The notes: a model not told the origin generated them from the letters alone. Shown: positions 22,586 through 36,500, counted from the stretch's first letter. The stretch: 64,000 nucleotides of DNA from Tetramitus jugosus (GCA_937625935.1 OW569390.1:186001-250000), one strand, 5' to 3'. Made by a program: numbers and translations.

Positions 22586-25040
22586 CACCCAGTGCCAATC
22601 ACATAATGGGCAGGACATCCTAATAGAAGGCACAGAAAACAAAAAGAAGAAGGAAACTATACTGTACTTGAAACGAATGCTTAAGCTATACAGACTGAAG
22701 CAAAGCATATTCATTGTGATCAACCCTGTCACAGATCAAAACCAATTTGATGAGTACATGCGTAGTGTATCTAATGTACATACCGAAGAAGAGAGATCAC
22801 TTGATACCATTATCAACTCTCATCATCTAGTCAATGGAGTTTAGCTTCTCGCTGAACGGAGGTGGAATGACACTTTTCTGATGTTGCGACTAGAAACATC
22901 AAAACAGCAAGCTTCATTTTAGATTTCCAGATGCAATTGTATGCTCACAGTCAATGTAGCTATATGGGTGACAGTATATATCAGAGATTACTTTACTAAG
23001 TGGAACACAAAGATCAGTAGCACAAATATGATCCCAGAAAGATCAATGATATTCTACCATCTCTGACTCTTCTAGATAATGAGAAAGGCCCTCTGATCTA
23101 AGATATGGGAGTCTATACAAACTACATACAGCTGTGTAGTGAGTTGCTGAAGAATGTGAATTTGTTGGATAATCTCTGGTGTTTAATGATTGACTCTGTA
23201 GACATTCAAGTCAACCTTACTGTTTGTAGATCGAAAGGGTTGATATATGGAGTGTCTGGCAGAATATACAAGATCAGTGATGTACTGCAGGAACAGATCT
23301 TCACTAATTTGAATGCACTGGAACACTTGGCAAGAAGCAACTGTAGTTCTGCTTTGCCATTCTTCGAACAGCTTAGTATTGTTGCTGCATGCAAAACATG
23401 TGTAAGCGAGAAGAACAGTGATGTTGCACAACTGCTTCGTGATACAATGAATGTATGCAGAGAGAACAGTATCAACTTTACAGGTGATCAATTCAGATGG
23501 AGCTAATGCAGAAGCAGTGAGAACTGTTACTCCAGAGTTCGACATATCTGGAGTAAGCTGTGTGTGTCATCTCTCTAAGACGTTTAGAAATGTATTACTT
23601 ACAGATGCTAAACATCATAGATCAGTGTTAATACCATTGCAGAAAGCGGAGTTAATCAGCAACACGGATCAGTACGACAGCAAGATACATCACCTAAGTC
23701 TTAACTTTATCACAGTTGAGATATCTGATGTGGAGAAGATTTTAATCTTCAGATCTTGAAAGGAAATCGTCCAGATCTATTATTCGAAGCTCGTATTACA
23801 AAAGACGGCTGTCTGCCATATTTCGATGATAAGTTAGAGAGTGGATATCGTATAGAATTGGCTGATCCATTGGAAGGTCTATTTGGTAGAGCGAGAGATA
23901 TCATGCGAAGATATACACATGTTCATTGTACAAAGTTAGGAGAAATGCTGCAGTTTCTATACACAGATCGGAAACACAATATGCAATTGGGCAAGAACAG
24001 TCATTATCCATATTGCTGATGAGAAACAGATCAATAGTATTAAATCCAAAGAACTGTATGACAAGTACTTGTCTAAATCGGGCAGAAGGTCATATGTATA
24101 CTCGTGACGACGCTGGAAGGAGAGCAGCAGAACTTGCAGTATTTCATCTACCTAGAGTGAGTAATCTGAGAGCCAGTTACTATGGAGCAAAGTACAATGA
24201 TCTTGGGATGCTTTTAATGGAAAGAAATACACCAGCAGATATCGATGATCTAGTCCAAAGTGTGACACTTGGTGGAACCAGTAGTGTAGTGCCAATAGAG
24301 AAAAGTGCGTTTGAATTGAAAGCGAAAGTGAAGCAAATGTTTGAAAGGCCAGCAACTGTTTTCAAAAGTGGTCATAGTGGGATCAAAATACCATTTGATC
24401 TGGAACTTGCTGATAGCAAGTATGCAGTACCAACTCGAAGGTGTGAAGATCCAGATGAAACTCCCCAGCTTGCACAAAATAATCCAGATGGAATACATGA
24501 TAAACACCATGCATTGGCTGATGCTCAAGTACTGGCAGTCAAGGATCACCGATCAATGTGTATCTGGTGTCAACCCATGAATGCAAGCAACTCGTTTTAT
24601 GGAATGATCAAGAGCACTACTACAGCTGTAGCTCCAGACAATTACATGATAGTACCAGATGATCCAGACAACGTAGGTATTTGTGTGTTTACTACACACA
24701 AGAGGAAGAAGCTTCCTGCCAGAAGATCATCCAGAAAACCGAAGAGGAGTCACAAGGAAAGCAAAACCATCACCAAAGAAGATAAAGCGCACTGCAATAA
24801 AAGAAGATGAATTCAGTGCTAGTGATAGCGATGACGCGATGTCTGATGACAACACTCAAGTCTCCCAAAGAAGATCTGGGAGAAACAGACAAGTTATCGA
24901 ACTCTCAAATGGATGATCCTATGGTAGATGACTCTGAAGGATCCTATGCATGGTTTGTGATTATGTATGTACATACTAAGACTGACTCTATTCCACACTC
25001 TAGACTGGTAACCTGTACATTATGTAAATACCACCAGATG
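22586..25040 (+). mobile_element. P-element/THAP9-like transposase relic
   Basis: ILPSLTLL, CLMIDSVDIQVNL...GLIYG, INSDGA, CHLSKTFRNVLL (cf. P-family D..HL.K..RN). Boundaries are tentative, from a degenerate CA...TG inverted repeat (20/29 match, no TSD). Confidence 0.6.
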
Positions 25041-25057
25041 AGCTGACCAATATCGCA

Positions 25058-26477
25058 TTAACTTGGTTCCTGGTAACTTGTGACACACAATGTGACATAA
25101 GTGTCAATTCCTCCAATTTCTAAAAGTACACTATTCTCAGCTGTCACCCCTTGAATTGGAAGTATTGAGTGTATTGAAGTGAACAGTAGTTGTGTGTTCG
25201 TTGAGCTATCTATGTTATGTGATGGATTCTTTGGAGAAAGTACAAAATACTTAAAAGACCGTTTTTTCACCAACGAGAATGATTCATACAAAACACCTGA
25301 CTGTCTCATGTACTTATAGGAGTTGTCTCGATTTTTACTTTTGCCATACAAGAGAGAGTTTCGAATAGAGATATACTTGTTCGTGGCATTTGTTGCTACC
25401 CTAAAGTGATTGTGTCAGGAACAAAAACATACTTCAGTGAATTTTTCCAGAATTTATTTGTGATTTGGATTCTTCATCCTCTCCTGGAGATGTTGATACC
25501 ATGGGATAGCAGCACTCATACCCCTTTCGACTGTCTTGCTTTCCAATATTCATGATGTTTCGCAATTGAGCGTATGAAATCTCTGGTATTCTTTGTAGGA
25601 CTAATAGTTGCCATACCTTTGGATCGACCCGAGCCCTGTTTGTTGAGTCGTACTACAGCGTGTTAGTGGTAGCTTAGGTATCAAGGTGTTCAAAAATGTA
25701 AGTTACATACTTTTTGTCCATAGTTTAATCAAGGTTGATCATTCCTACGAGCGGAAGAAGATATTGCTAGTGTTTATTCTGAACTCAGAAATGGAAAAGA
25801 CGAGGCCATGTTGAGAAAAACTAGTGGAGTGTATGGGATTTCTGATGCTGGTAGCATTGATATCATGCACTTGATGTTAGACTTTCTCAATAAAGGAAAA
25901 TACATTCTTCCCTCAATGTAACTACCCGAGTTTTTGCAATAGAAACAGGAGCAGTATCCACTATGTTGTTGCATGTAGAAGAATGAGGCTTTTGCTGGAA
26001 GATCACAACATGTGTTCACATAGAAAGACTTTATCTGTGGGATGCCCCTTGGTCAAAATCTCTTCAATACATATCCAAGAAAGTAACTTGGACTCACAAT
26101 CTACCCACAAGCGTACGATTCATCGTAGGTCGAATGAACCACATGGCACCACATCACCAGAGCCTCGTGTAGAGAGGCAGGCTCTTGGATTCCCTCGAGA
26201 TTCGGAAATACATTGTAAATATCCAAAATTGAATGTACCACTTTTCTATTGAGATCTGATAAGTTGGCTGATAAAGTATTGAACCTTGGAATTCTTGAAA
26301 CTGAGAGGAAGGATTTTTCTGAAGAGATAGAGAAGACACTGACCAAAAACACAGAGTAGTTGATTTGTATCTGCTGTCCGATATGGCGGTGGATAAATGG
26401 AGAAGAGTACGATCTTTATTAGTACGTAAGTATTCGCCCAATACCAAATGCCCCCTTCCTGCAACAATCAAAGGCAT
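25058..26477 (-). mobile_element. CACTA/EnSpm (CMC)-like transposase relic 2
   Basis: LPLYTR...CGAMW..PTMN, CCDLPAKA....QHSGYCSCFYC and C-terminal Y....RDNS; many stops. Confidence 0.7.
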
Positions 26478-28326
26478 TCCTCTCGTGCGCTATGGCCAAG
26501 TTACAACAAGGTTCGTGCTGGATTAACTGCTTTAGATTCGAAACTCCCTCAATACAAGTTAATCAAAGGCCTTTCCAATGCAGACCAGATCGGTTATTCC
26601 TTTAGAAAGGAAGATTTTTCAATTGCATCTTGAAAAGCAAGCCAATGTACATTTTGAGCTTATCATTTCTATTCATGATTACCAACAACACCTGAAACAA
26701 GCGAACAAGAGTGGTATTAACTGCGGCACACCAATTATTGACGGTGATACTGTTTTTTTCAAGTCGGTGGATGTCATTAAGCTATTATTCTGCGGAGATG
26801 GGTACACTGATATGCCTTTTGCAGGAGAAGGTTTCAGGAAATCCAAAATAGCGTGCTTTGGCATTTTGGAAAACTTTGTTGATCCTACAGCATTGCAACT
26901 CTTTTCTAATGCTTGGTTACTCGCATTCGGAGAAGGAATAGAGGACGACACCACTGTCCGGAAGTACTGCGAAAACCTTTTCCAAATTTTTGAAGAGTTT
27001 TCCAGTCAAGGCTCTATGAAGATGGAGACAGTGGTGCTTACACATTGTTCAAGTTCGAAATATCTTTTGTAGCAGACTACAAATTTTTTTGTCTTCTTTT
27101 GGGGATAGAAATCCCATTTGATTTATCAAAATTTTTCAAAACAAACTGAAAAAGCACCTATTGCAGAAGATTACAAGGGCTTTCTGAAACTATTCTCAGT
27201 TCCAGTTCTTTAGAAGATATCGAGAAGTTGAGCGACCATTGTTTCAAAAAATGGGTTCTGTTTTCTAATGCTTTCAGCCTGCATTGTAGTCCATCGATTT
27301 GTATAATCCAGCGGTTATTCAATCAATTAAGGACTGGAATCAACTTCTTTGGACGAGAAGTTACGGGCAGACCCAACTAGATCAGTGTGATGGGCTGGCG
27401 TACAGCACTTGCGTTAATGCCAGAGATTGGAAAGATTCTAGATTTGTCATCCAACGAACTTCTAAGATACAATGCAATGAGAAAGTTTAATAAGATGATT
27501 CATAAGAGAAACTTGACTGAAAAACATCAACAAAGAGAAAAGGAATTGTACCTCATAGCATTCAAAGATTACGAATTATGAAGAAGAAGACTTACCTAAT
27601 GCTTGGATGGCATTTTGTCCACGACATTGAGGAGAACGAAACACCAGGTAGAAGAACGTACCAGAGAGGGGAACGAGGAAATTCTGAGATAAAGAAAATG
27701 AGGTTAAATCACAGCAACAACAAGGCAAAAGCGATAGTCCATGGGATATGCTTCATGTTGAGTCGACAGGTCATAACGACTCGAAAGGAATGGGTTCTGA
27801 CTATATCTATCAAACAATCAGAGGGTTTGACCGAAAGCAATTCGTGTACTCAAAGTATAACATTAGGGGAAATTATTCTTTAGGCAGGTTAGATAGGATA
27901 TTAAAGACAATTAGGGAACGAAAGTTCACAAAATTCGACGAACAGTTGAGGAACAGCTTGAAAAGGACTTCACCTATAATAGATTCACTGCAAGTTGAGA
28001 ACCCCAAAATCAAACTGTCCCAACGAACAAACTTCATTGCCTCGAAGAAAGGAAATGAAGATAGTAGAAACACTAGTGAAAAAGTTAAGATCGGAATTGT
28101 GATCAATCTTGCGTCTTGCAACAGTGAGGCAGATCTCTCAAAATACAAGGTAATTGATCTAAAAGAGACGGCAAGAAAACAGTCAATCGCGCTTGGAAAG
28201 AGACGACTGAAAGCTGAAATTACATCATTTCTCTGGAGTGAGTATACAACTCAAAGTCAAGAAGAACAATCACCGAAACGAGCACGATTGGGAGATAACA
28301 CTAATCCTTCAGAAGATACCAGTTGA
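26448..28326 (+). mobile_element. RAG1/Transib(-Chapaev)-like DDE transposase relic with C-terminal SAP/HeH-like motif
   Basis: Colinear motifs IKLLFCGDG (Asp 26797), FVADYKFFCLLLG (Asp 27075), TYLMLGWHF...QRGERGNSEIKK (Glu 27671); DLSKYKVIDLKETARKQSI....LKAEI; several frameshifts. Confidence 0.65.
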
Positions 28327-28399
28327 ACACTGGTTTTTCAATATATTGATGAATTCTCGGTCAGATTCATCCCTTTCTTCTCCCCTAGGTTGAAAAATT

Positions 28400-28850
28400 G
28401 AATTTTCTGGCTTCGTTAATTGAGAAGTAGCCAGTATTGTCAACAAAAAGTTCTCGACCGATCTGACGATGGGAGACTTGTATCGATTGATAGAAGAGAG
28501 ATTGAATGATCAATGCCTTAATTTTTACATGCTATTGATCGGAAAAGCTCAAACAATCTTCCGAATTCCAGCATTTAGAATTTTTGAGTCGATATGTTCA
28601 GGACCTGTACTTTCACAAGTACGGTTCGAATATTCAAGATTCTTGGATAGCGATAAATGTGAAAGAATGTGTGCAACAGAATAATGCTTGGGATTGTGGG
28701 GTATATACAATTGCTAATGCAATTAGCGTTTGCTTGGACATAGATCACATGACATACGGACGTGAAGTTCAAGAAAAGATCGATAAGTATAGAGAAAAAC
28801 TATGTTACGATTCCAGAAATGGTTTTATAACTTCTTTCTATCTAAATTAA
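28400..28850 (+). pseudogene. Ulp1/SENP (C48) SUMO protease relic, transposon-associated
   Basis: DLYRL...RLNDQCLNFYM and QQNNAWDCGVY; the His/Asp part of the triad appears deleted; frameshifted. Confidence 0.75.
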
Positions 28851-29933
28851 CTCTGTATCGGTGCAACTGGGGCAAAACCAAGTAGATTTCAAGTCAATGG
28901 GTGATGAAGACAACTCATATGATAAGCATTTGTGCAGACATCACAACACAACAAATCACCACCCTTCTTGCAAGCCTTGCAATGATCTGTATGTTCCACA
29001 GCCACTCATCTTCATCATTCGACGGTGTTCTTTGAAAACATTCCAAGTGGTAAGAAGCAGAACATGAATGACGGCAAAGAACAATTCCGTCGTCCAAACA
29101 TTCGGCACAGAAGTCATCCTTCCTCGCTAATCTTGTTCTGAGAATGAAACTATGAGAAACCTCAGTTTGTACCGAATTACTAGTGGTGAGATGAGAACGA
29201 ACAATATTGATTTCCTTGTTTGACACTCTAACTCTTTTTCTTCGTTTCTGATGTATCTTCAAAGAACGAGCTTGATTCATTGTTTGGGAAATAGACTCTC
29301 TACATTGGATCATATTTAGAGTTCTTTTCATCATTCTTCTCCCCTGGATTAATACTTCTTTTCTCATTCATCTCCTGCATTTGATCATCATATACTCTGA
29401 AACCTTACTTACAAATCCAGATGATCCATGTTGTTCGTGATAGTAAATAATGATGGTGCTTTGGGAAGCGAAGTCCTTCCATCCTTCCAAACTCTTGCTG
29501 GATAGTCTACCTATGGCTCTAAATTCTGCGTAATTTCGAATCAATCTCTCTGTCCCACGGGTATTTTTCTTACGTCCTCATGAATGGTGAGTCTTTTGAA
29601 CAAATGGTTCCAAATTGACAAGGGCATATGTACTAAATTTGTTTTTACAAAATCGTCATAGGGAGTGTATCTCCTCATTGATTTATATATCGAAGTGAGA
29701 ACTTGACTTTTAGAGAAAAGAATCATTTCTTCAATTTGTTGATTCTCATGAGGTATTCGTATGTTTTGTCTATCCTTGGCCAGAGTATCCCAAAAAGTTT
29801 TCTGAGCGTCAGCGTCATCCTTGAGTCTTGAGAACATATCGGTTCTCTCAATGTTTGTAATGTCGCTATTTAATTGAAGCTCTTCCAAAACTCTATTATT
29901 TGCAAGTGTTATTGTTAAAGCTTCTGAGTTCAT
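28842..29933 (-). pseudogene. Tandem double-PHD finger protein (CHD3/4-type PHDs), transposon-associated relic
   Basis: DDFCAECLDDGIVLC..SCSASYHLEC...EW, then in other frames DHCKACKKGGDLLCCDVCTNAYHMSCL...STWFCPSC; likely GTAAGT..CAG intron near 29375-29412. Confidence 0.75.
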
Positions 29934-30559
29934 TTTTTGGTTGGTTTTTCAGCAATCCTCGACATATGTTGAATTCTGTCCCAGAAAACAGATATAATTA
30001 TTCTCCCAACCTTAATTCACCGATAATTTGTCAACCAGAATGGAGTGTATGAAATACACGAACATCATCATCAATCATCATCATGTACTGTTTTTTGATT
30101 TTGCATCCTTCAACGAAACAAGACAACATCGTACAAGTGCACAGTGAACACCAACATGAATATCTATCGTTATGATATGTTTGACTGAGCATCACTGGCC
30201 AATTCACTATATCATTTGAGATCGTATCAACCATACATCAATATCTAGTGACCTCGCGAGATTATGTATGAACAGTGATGTATGTACCATACTATGTGAA
30301 AAATCATGGCAACAAAAATCATCATGTTGGGAGATGTTGATATTCAAACTTCCGTGTGAAAAAATCCTCCAGGTCGTTTGAATCGTAACGTTCCTCAAAG
30401 AAAGAGCGCTTTTTTCGCGCGACATTTGATGTCGTTGTTTGGTTTTCCTCTCTTGGGCAACAGATCAGACATCTTTTAACCAATCCTCCTCCCCAAAACA
30501 ACAGACCGATCAAGACTGCTCAACAATACTTGGGATACCATCTTCAAGGACATCTCGAG

Positions 30560-33500
30560 ATGAAGACACAGGATGCGCTTTTACTGCATTGTTGTTTCCT
30601 CCTCTTAACGCTCTTCTTTTTGTCACAGTTGTCACACTTGAGTGTTCGTGCGCAGCTTCAGGCACGCTACTTCAATTTCGCAGGTGGTGACAATGAATTC
30701 ACAGTCAAAGACAGTGATAGTGATGCGACTTATGATAGTGTGTTCATGATTGGTGAATTGAGTCCTTCTTCTCCTTTGTCTCAAAATGGAACATATCCAT
30801 GTGGCATCATGAAGTACACGGGTAATGGTACTTTGGTGTGGTACAAGGCTCTGATCAATGAAACATTGACAAAGGGATTTCATCCCACAAGTGCAACTTT
30901 GTCACAGGATGGTGGCTTCACACAGATGTTGTTCATTGGTGGTTTCACCCAAATGGAAGGCTCACTTTCGAGTGAGGCAACTGCATGTCAATTGGACTAT
31001 GATGGAAATCTGTTGGGATGTATCAGAACAGTCAATCCGAATCCATTCAACAATACAATTGCAAAGATTTTTGATATTGTTCATGAGAACTCTGGCAAGG
31101 TCTGTTTCACTGGATATATGGGTTATATTGATGATACCCATACAACATTCACCAGTGTATTTGTATCGTGTCAGAAGGTGGTAAATCCTCAGACTGTTAT
31201 ATTTGGACAAAGTACGCTTGCGATAGGAATTAACGCTGGCTATTCACTGCAAGATTTAACTAGCAGTTATATCGTAGCTGGTGTTATCGAAGGATCAGTG
31301 CAATTCTCACCCCAATCCACGCCAGCCATAACTCAGCAAACTGCATTTGTCGCCAAATATCAAAGTACTTTTTGGTCATGGCGCTATCTGCATCCTAAAA
31401 CGACATATGGCTATCCCCCTTCTCGTGATCCTTTCCACACTGGCGGTTTTTTCTTTCCAGACGAAGATGCTTCAATCAAGTCGTTTGACATTTTTGGTGC
31501 TGGAGCTGTGTCAAATGTTAAATCCCTTCTGTCGACGGTGGGATCAGCCGATAATGGTTATTCGAAGTGCGATCCAATCACCACCACATTATTTAGTCAC
31601 TGGTGAGATTTTTGGTTCAGTTGAAGTGAATGGAAGACTTCTATCAGCCGCTGCAAACAGTTCAATGGGATTCATCATTCAGTTTAATAGTTCATTTGCA
31701 GTTGAGAGTGTTGATGTGTTTCATGGAGATGGAATCAACAAGGGTGTTGCTCTCATTATTTTTGACGAATTTGACTTTATATTTGTTGCTCACTCAGATT
31801 GTGGCAACAGGGTCTGGGGTGAAAATATTGCATTGTTGAATGAGAAACAGAACATGATGTTTGCTCGGATGACAACATCACTTCAATCTGTGATCACACC
31901 CAAGATTTACATTGATTTTCCATTCATGTTGGAAGACAATGTGTTTTCTCCTGAGTTTGAATATCATATTCGGTCTGAATTGATTGTGAGATCTTCGTTG
32001 ACTGTTTTCGGTACAATGCAAATTTATGAGAACCTTCACTTGGAAGATGGGAGATTGGATGCAATTGGAACAACTGATATTTCTGTGGCCAATGTGCATT
32101 GCTTGCAAGAGCGTTTCAGAAACATCACAGTTGATTCAAATTCAGAGATTAACTTGAGTTATGCAGATGTTCAAAGACTGACATTGGTGATCGATGGTGG
32201 CACAGCTCATGTGAATCATACCACATTCTCTTATTGCGGTATGGGCTTGGGGTGTTTGATGGGTCACAATGTTGGAGGTCTATCTGTCATGTACAGTTCA
32301 TTCCTGGCAAATTCCTCCAATTATTTTGATGGGATAGTTGTTTTACAGGATGATTCTTCGAACATATTGGTGACCATGGATATTATCAATAATACATTCT
32401 CAGGAGTGAGCATTGCAGCAGAATATGTCAACACAAAAAACTTTACGTTTGAGGAGCTTAAATTCTCATTGAACAGTATTATTGACTCTCAAAGAGGTGT
32501 GGTAGTGAGATCGGATGCAGTAAGATCCGTATCAATTGATAGTAATCGATTTATCGCTTCGTATTCGCAGTTTGAAGCTATAAGTATTGGACAATTTTCT
32601 CTGTTGAATGTAACCGGTTTGGATGGAAGGATGTTAATACAGAACAACACTCTCACGAAAGCAACAATGAATATCCAAAAAGGCAGCAGAGGTTATCTTG
32701 ATGTATCTAATAATGTAATTGAGAGCACAGTTACTGTCTCTCCTTTGCACTTCTTTGCTGCTGATTGTAATGGGCAAACATCGATTTCCAGTAACAAAAT
32801 ATTAGACAATGAAATGCCTGTTCGCTTGAATACGACCAATTGTCCGGATTCAATCGAATTCAGTTGGAACGAACTGAGAGGAAACTCTTCACAAGGTTTG
32901 CTTGAAGTGCAAAACCCTCTCAAAATCAGAAGAAATTCTTTTTTACAGCAGGGACTCGGGACTGTATTGCAATATGCCAATCCCAATACTCCACCTGTAC
33001 TTAATGCTCAATTCAACAATTGGGGAGTGTTCACAAAATCTGAAATCTTACTCCTCGCGGGAGTAGCAAGTCTCGATTCACTAACGAACGGAACCGACAG
33101 TGTTCTCCCCTTCCCTTACTTGGACGCTTCCTCGAATCCAGTTCATGTTCCCTTGTTCAATGTGACTGTTCGAAATTGCTCTGATGTTGTTTCTTTGTGG
33201 CCGAGAGCTCCATTTGGTGTTTATGAGATTCAACCAACGACTTGTGATTCGATGCTGGTTGTTTGCAACACAGAGAGACAGTCGATTGTTGTTCACAAAC
33301 GATACAATGGATTGACATCATTCAGCAGAACCAAGTCTGAATATGAAGATGGCTTTGGTTTGTTGGATGCCGAGTTTTTCGTGGGATTGAAGAAGCTTCA
33401 CACACTGACTTCGATGGGAGCAGAAGTGTATTTTGACACAATCACAACTTCATCAACTCCTGAATTGAAAACTGCTTACATATCTGTTGGATCAAGTCTG

Positions 33501-36500
33501 AACAACTATACCATTGACTTTCGATCTCTATTTCCACCATACTCCTATCCTGATTTTATATTGGATGGAATTCCATTCTCATACACAGATGTTTCAAACA
33601 ATTCATGTGCCACTCAAACTCAATCAGGTTGGTGGTTCGACGAACAACTTGATTGTGACAGTTTCAATCTCAATCAACCATATCCTTTGCAGAGCAGTGT
33701 GGCATTGAGATTGAGTGCTTTTCTTCAGATTGAAACGAGCATTATTTCAGATTCACGCCTCTTAACTTTGAATTGCTCATCTGCTGCACCTCCAATATGT
33801 AGTGTGAAAGAAAATGCAAACACCAATTGTTCGAGTCACGGAACATGTGTTGACATGAGCACATGTGTTTGTGAATCAGGATACAGTGGTTTCAGTTGTG
33901 ACAAGTTTTCTTGTTTTGGAGTGGCTTTCAACAACAGTGCTGTTTGTTCAGGTCATGGAAAGTGTGTTGCATCTCAATCATGTCAATGTGAATGGGGATA
34001 CACTGGTTTTAAATGCAATACGGAAATACTGGAGGTTTTGATCAACTCCAATCACTCAATGATAGATCCCTGTGAAGATATTGTGATTCAATCTATTCAG
34101 AGCAACAATGATATGAGTGGAAGGAGATATGTTTGGCTGGCCTCAGCACTAACTACATCCTCTCAGAACATCACAGAGTATTTATTCAATCAACAAAACA
34201 AAACTCTGATCATTCCCAATCAGTACATTCCTTCGAATGAAAATGTGACAGTAACCTTGTTCATTTATGATCTTCAAGGGAATCAATTGGGATCATCGAA
34301 CTCATTAACATTGAATTCCAATTGTACAAAGTTGTATTGTTTTGGAATAGATTTTAATAACAGTGCTGTATGTTCAGGTCATGGAAGTTGTGTTGCCACT
34401 GATACATGTCAATGTGAATGGGGATATATAGATTTTGATTGTGGCATTGAAAGTTTACAGTTGTTGATCAGCTCCAATCAATCAATAATAGATCCTTGTG
34501 AAGACATTGTGATTCAATCTATTCAGAGCAACAATGATATGAGTGGAAGGAAATATGTTTGGCAGGCATCAACAACAACATCTTCTGGGAACATCACAGA
34601 TTATTTACTCAACCAACAAAACAAAACTTTGATTATTTCCAATCAGTTTATTCCCTCGAATGATAATGTGACGATATCATTGTTTATTTACGATCTTCAA
34701 GGGAATCAACTAGGAGAATCGAACTCATTAATATTTAATTCTAGATGCAACAAATCTAATTGTTTTGGAATGGACTTCAATAGTGGTGCTGTATGTTCAG
34801 GTCATGGAAGTTGTGTTGCCACTGATACATGTCAATGTGAATGGGGATACGCTGGTTTTAAATGCAATACTGAAATACTGGAGGTTTTGATCAACTCCAA
34901 TCACTCAATGATAGACCCTTGTGAAGATATTGTGATTCAATCTATTCAGAGCAACAATGATATGAATGGAAGGAGATATGTTTGGCTGGCCTCAGCAACG
35001 AATACACCCTCCCAGAATATGACTCAATACTTGGCCAACGAAAGCAACAAAACGTTGGTTGTTCCCAATCAGTTTATTCCCTCGAATGAAAATGTGACGA
35101 TATCATTGTTCATTCATGATCTTCAAGGGAATCAACTAGGAGCATCAAACTCATTAGCATTCTATCGACGAAAAGCAATTGCCAAAATAGAATTGCCAGG
35201 AGCAGGAACCTTGTCTGTCAAAGACTCTGGTTCTTTGTCTCTCGTTGCCTATCTAACTGAAATTCCAAGTTGTTTGATGAACATCAAAAAGACTTGGCTC
35301 ATTCAAGGTCAACCATATTCATCCACAACATTGAATCACTTAACATTCACTGCGAAAGCTGCTCGGAACATTTCTCTTCAGATTGTTTCTGATCATTTGG
35401 AAGCCACTCGATCAGTTCCTGTGACAATGATAGAAACCAAACCAAACGCTATCATCAGTGGAGGAAGTCGAATGGTGTTGGCTGGAAGTCAGATTGTGTT
35501 GGATGCTCGTCAGAGTAGCGATCCACTTTATCGTTCTATGACTGGAGCGACTTATAAGTGGAGTTGTGATTCATGTTCCAAACAACTTGCTTCTGGGGTC
35601 ACAACGATGCTAGACGAAGGTCCAGGCAATTACACAGTATCATTGATGTACACTCCAAATCCCTCTGTGGCCAATCGAGTTGGCAATACAAGTATTACAA
35701 TTCAGATCGTCAGTCGAGAAAGTGTGATTCCAGTGTTAAAGATCTCAAGTGTTGTGCCAACCATTCTGAATCCACTCAAAACTTTGAGAATATCTGCCAA
35801 TGTTTCAAACTTAATTGCTGGTTCTGATGTTGAATATGAATGGTCAATCAGAGCAGATTCCTCTCAAAGCTTCACTTTCATTCGAACTTATTCAAATCTC
35901 CTTCCCTTGGTTCTCCCAGAAAACATGCTCAAGTACAACACCAGTTATACTTTCATGATTAGAGCCCATTATCTCAATGTTGCATTCGGCCAACTTATTT
36001 CCTATGCTTCTATCACTTCAAGAACATCATCTCCACCAACAATTGAAGGTTTCACATTTGATCCAGTGAGTGGAAATGCTCTCTCAACATTGTTTACGAT
36101 ATCAATCAATGCAACTGACATTCTGGAAGTGTATCCATTGTATTACTCGTTTGATTATTTCAATGAAGTACTTCAGAGATTTGTGGCGCTGAAAGGTTTC
36201 TCCATTTACAGCACTGTAAGTACTGCGCTTCCTACTTTCGGCTCTCATCTGAGAGTTCGATGCACAGTTCAGAATTCACAAGGAGGAGAATCATTGACAG
36301 AGTTTTCAATTCCTGTCAGCTCTGAAGCGAGTGCGATTGAGCAACTCAAACAAGCTGAGTTATTATTGCAAAGTTTGAACTCAGATAACAGAACAGACAA
36401 TGGTGAATCAGTGTTGAACATTGTTGCTGCAACGGTTGGTCGTCTTAGCAACAATAACACTGTTCCGATGCAACAAATGACAAATATTTACTCTGGAATT

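Noticed and set aside
16008-25638. hAT-like ends tagggatcgacac (16008), tagtgttcgacac (17458) and gacccgagccctg (ending 25638)
   Set aside because: The first two are in the same orientation and none pairs with a TSD; no element can be defined.
15373-30000. Alternative genetic code or recoding to explain frequent stops
   Set aside because: Host genes read normally and end in TAA/TAG/TGA; the island shows frameshifts as well as stops, i.e. decay.
30140-30146. Perfect RSS heptamer CACAGTG near the RAG1-like relic
   Set aside because: No nonamer at 12 or 23 bp, wrong orientation for a right end, and no partner; expected by chance.
16139-30250. CACTAG ... CTAGTG as termini of one giant CACTA element
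   Set aside because: Only 6 bp match, no TSD, no shared subterminal repeats.
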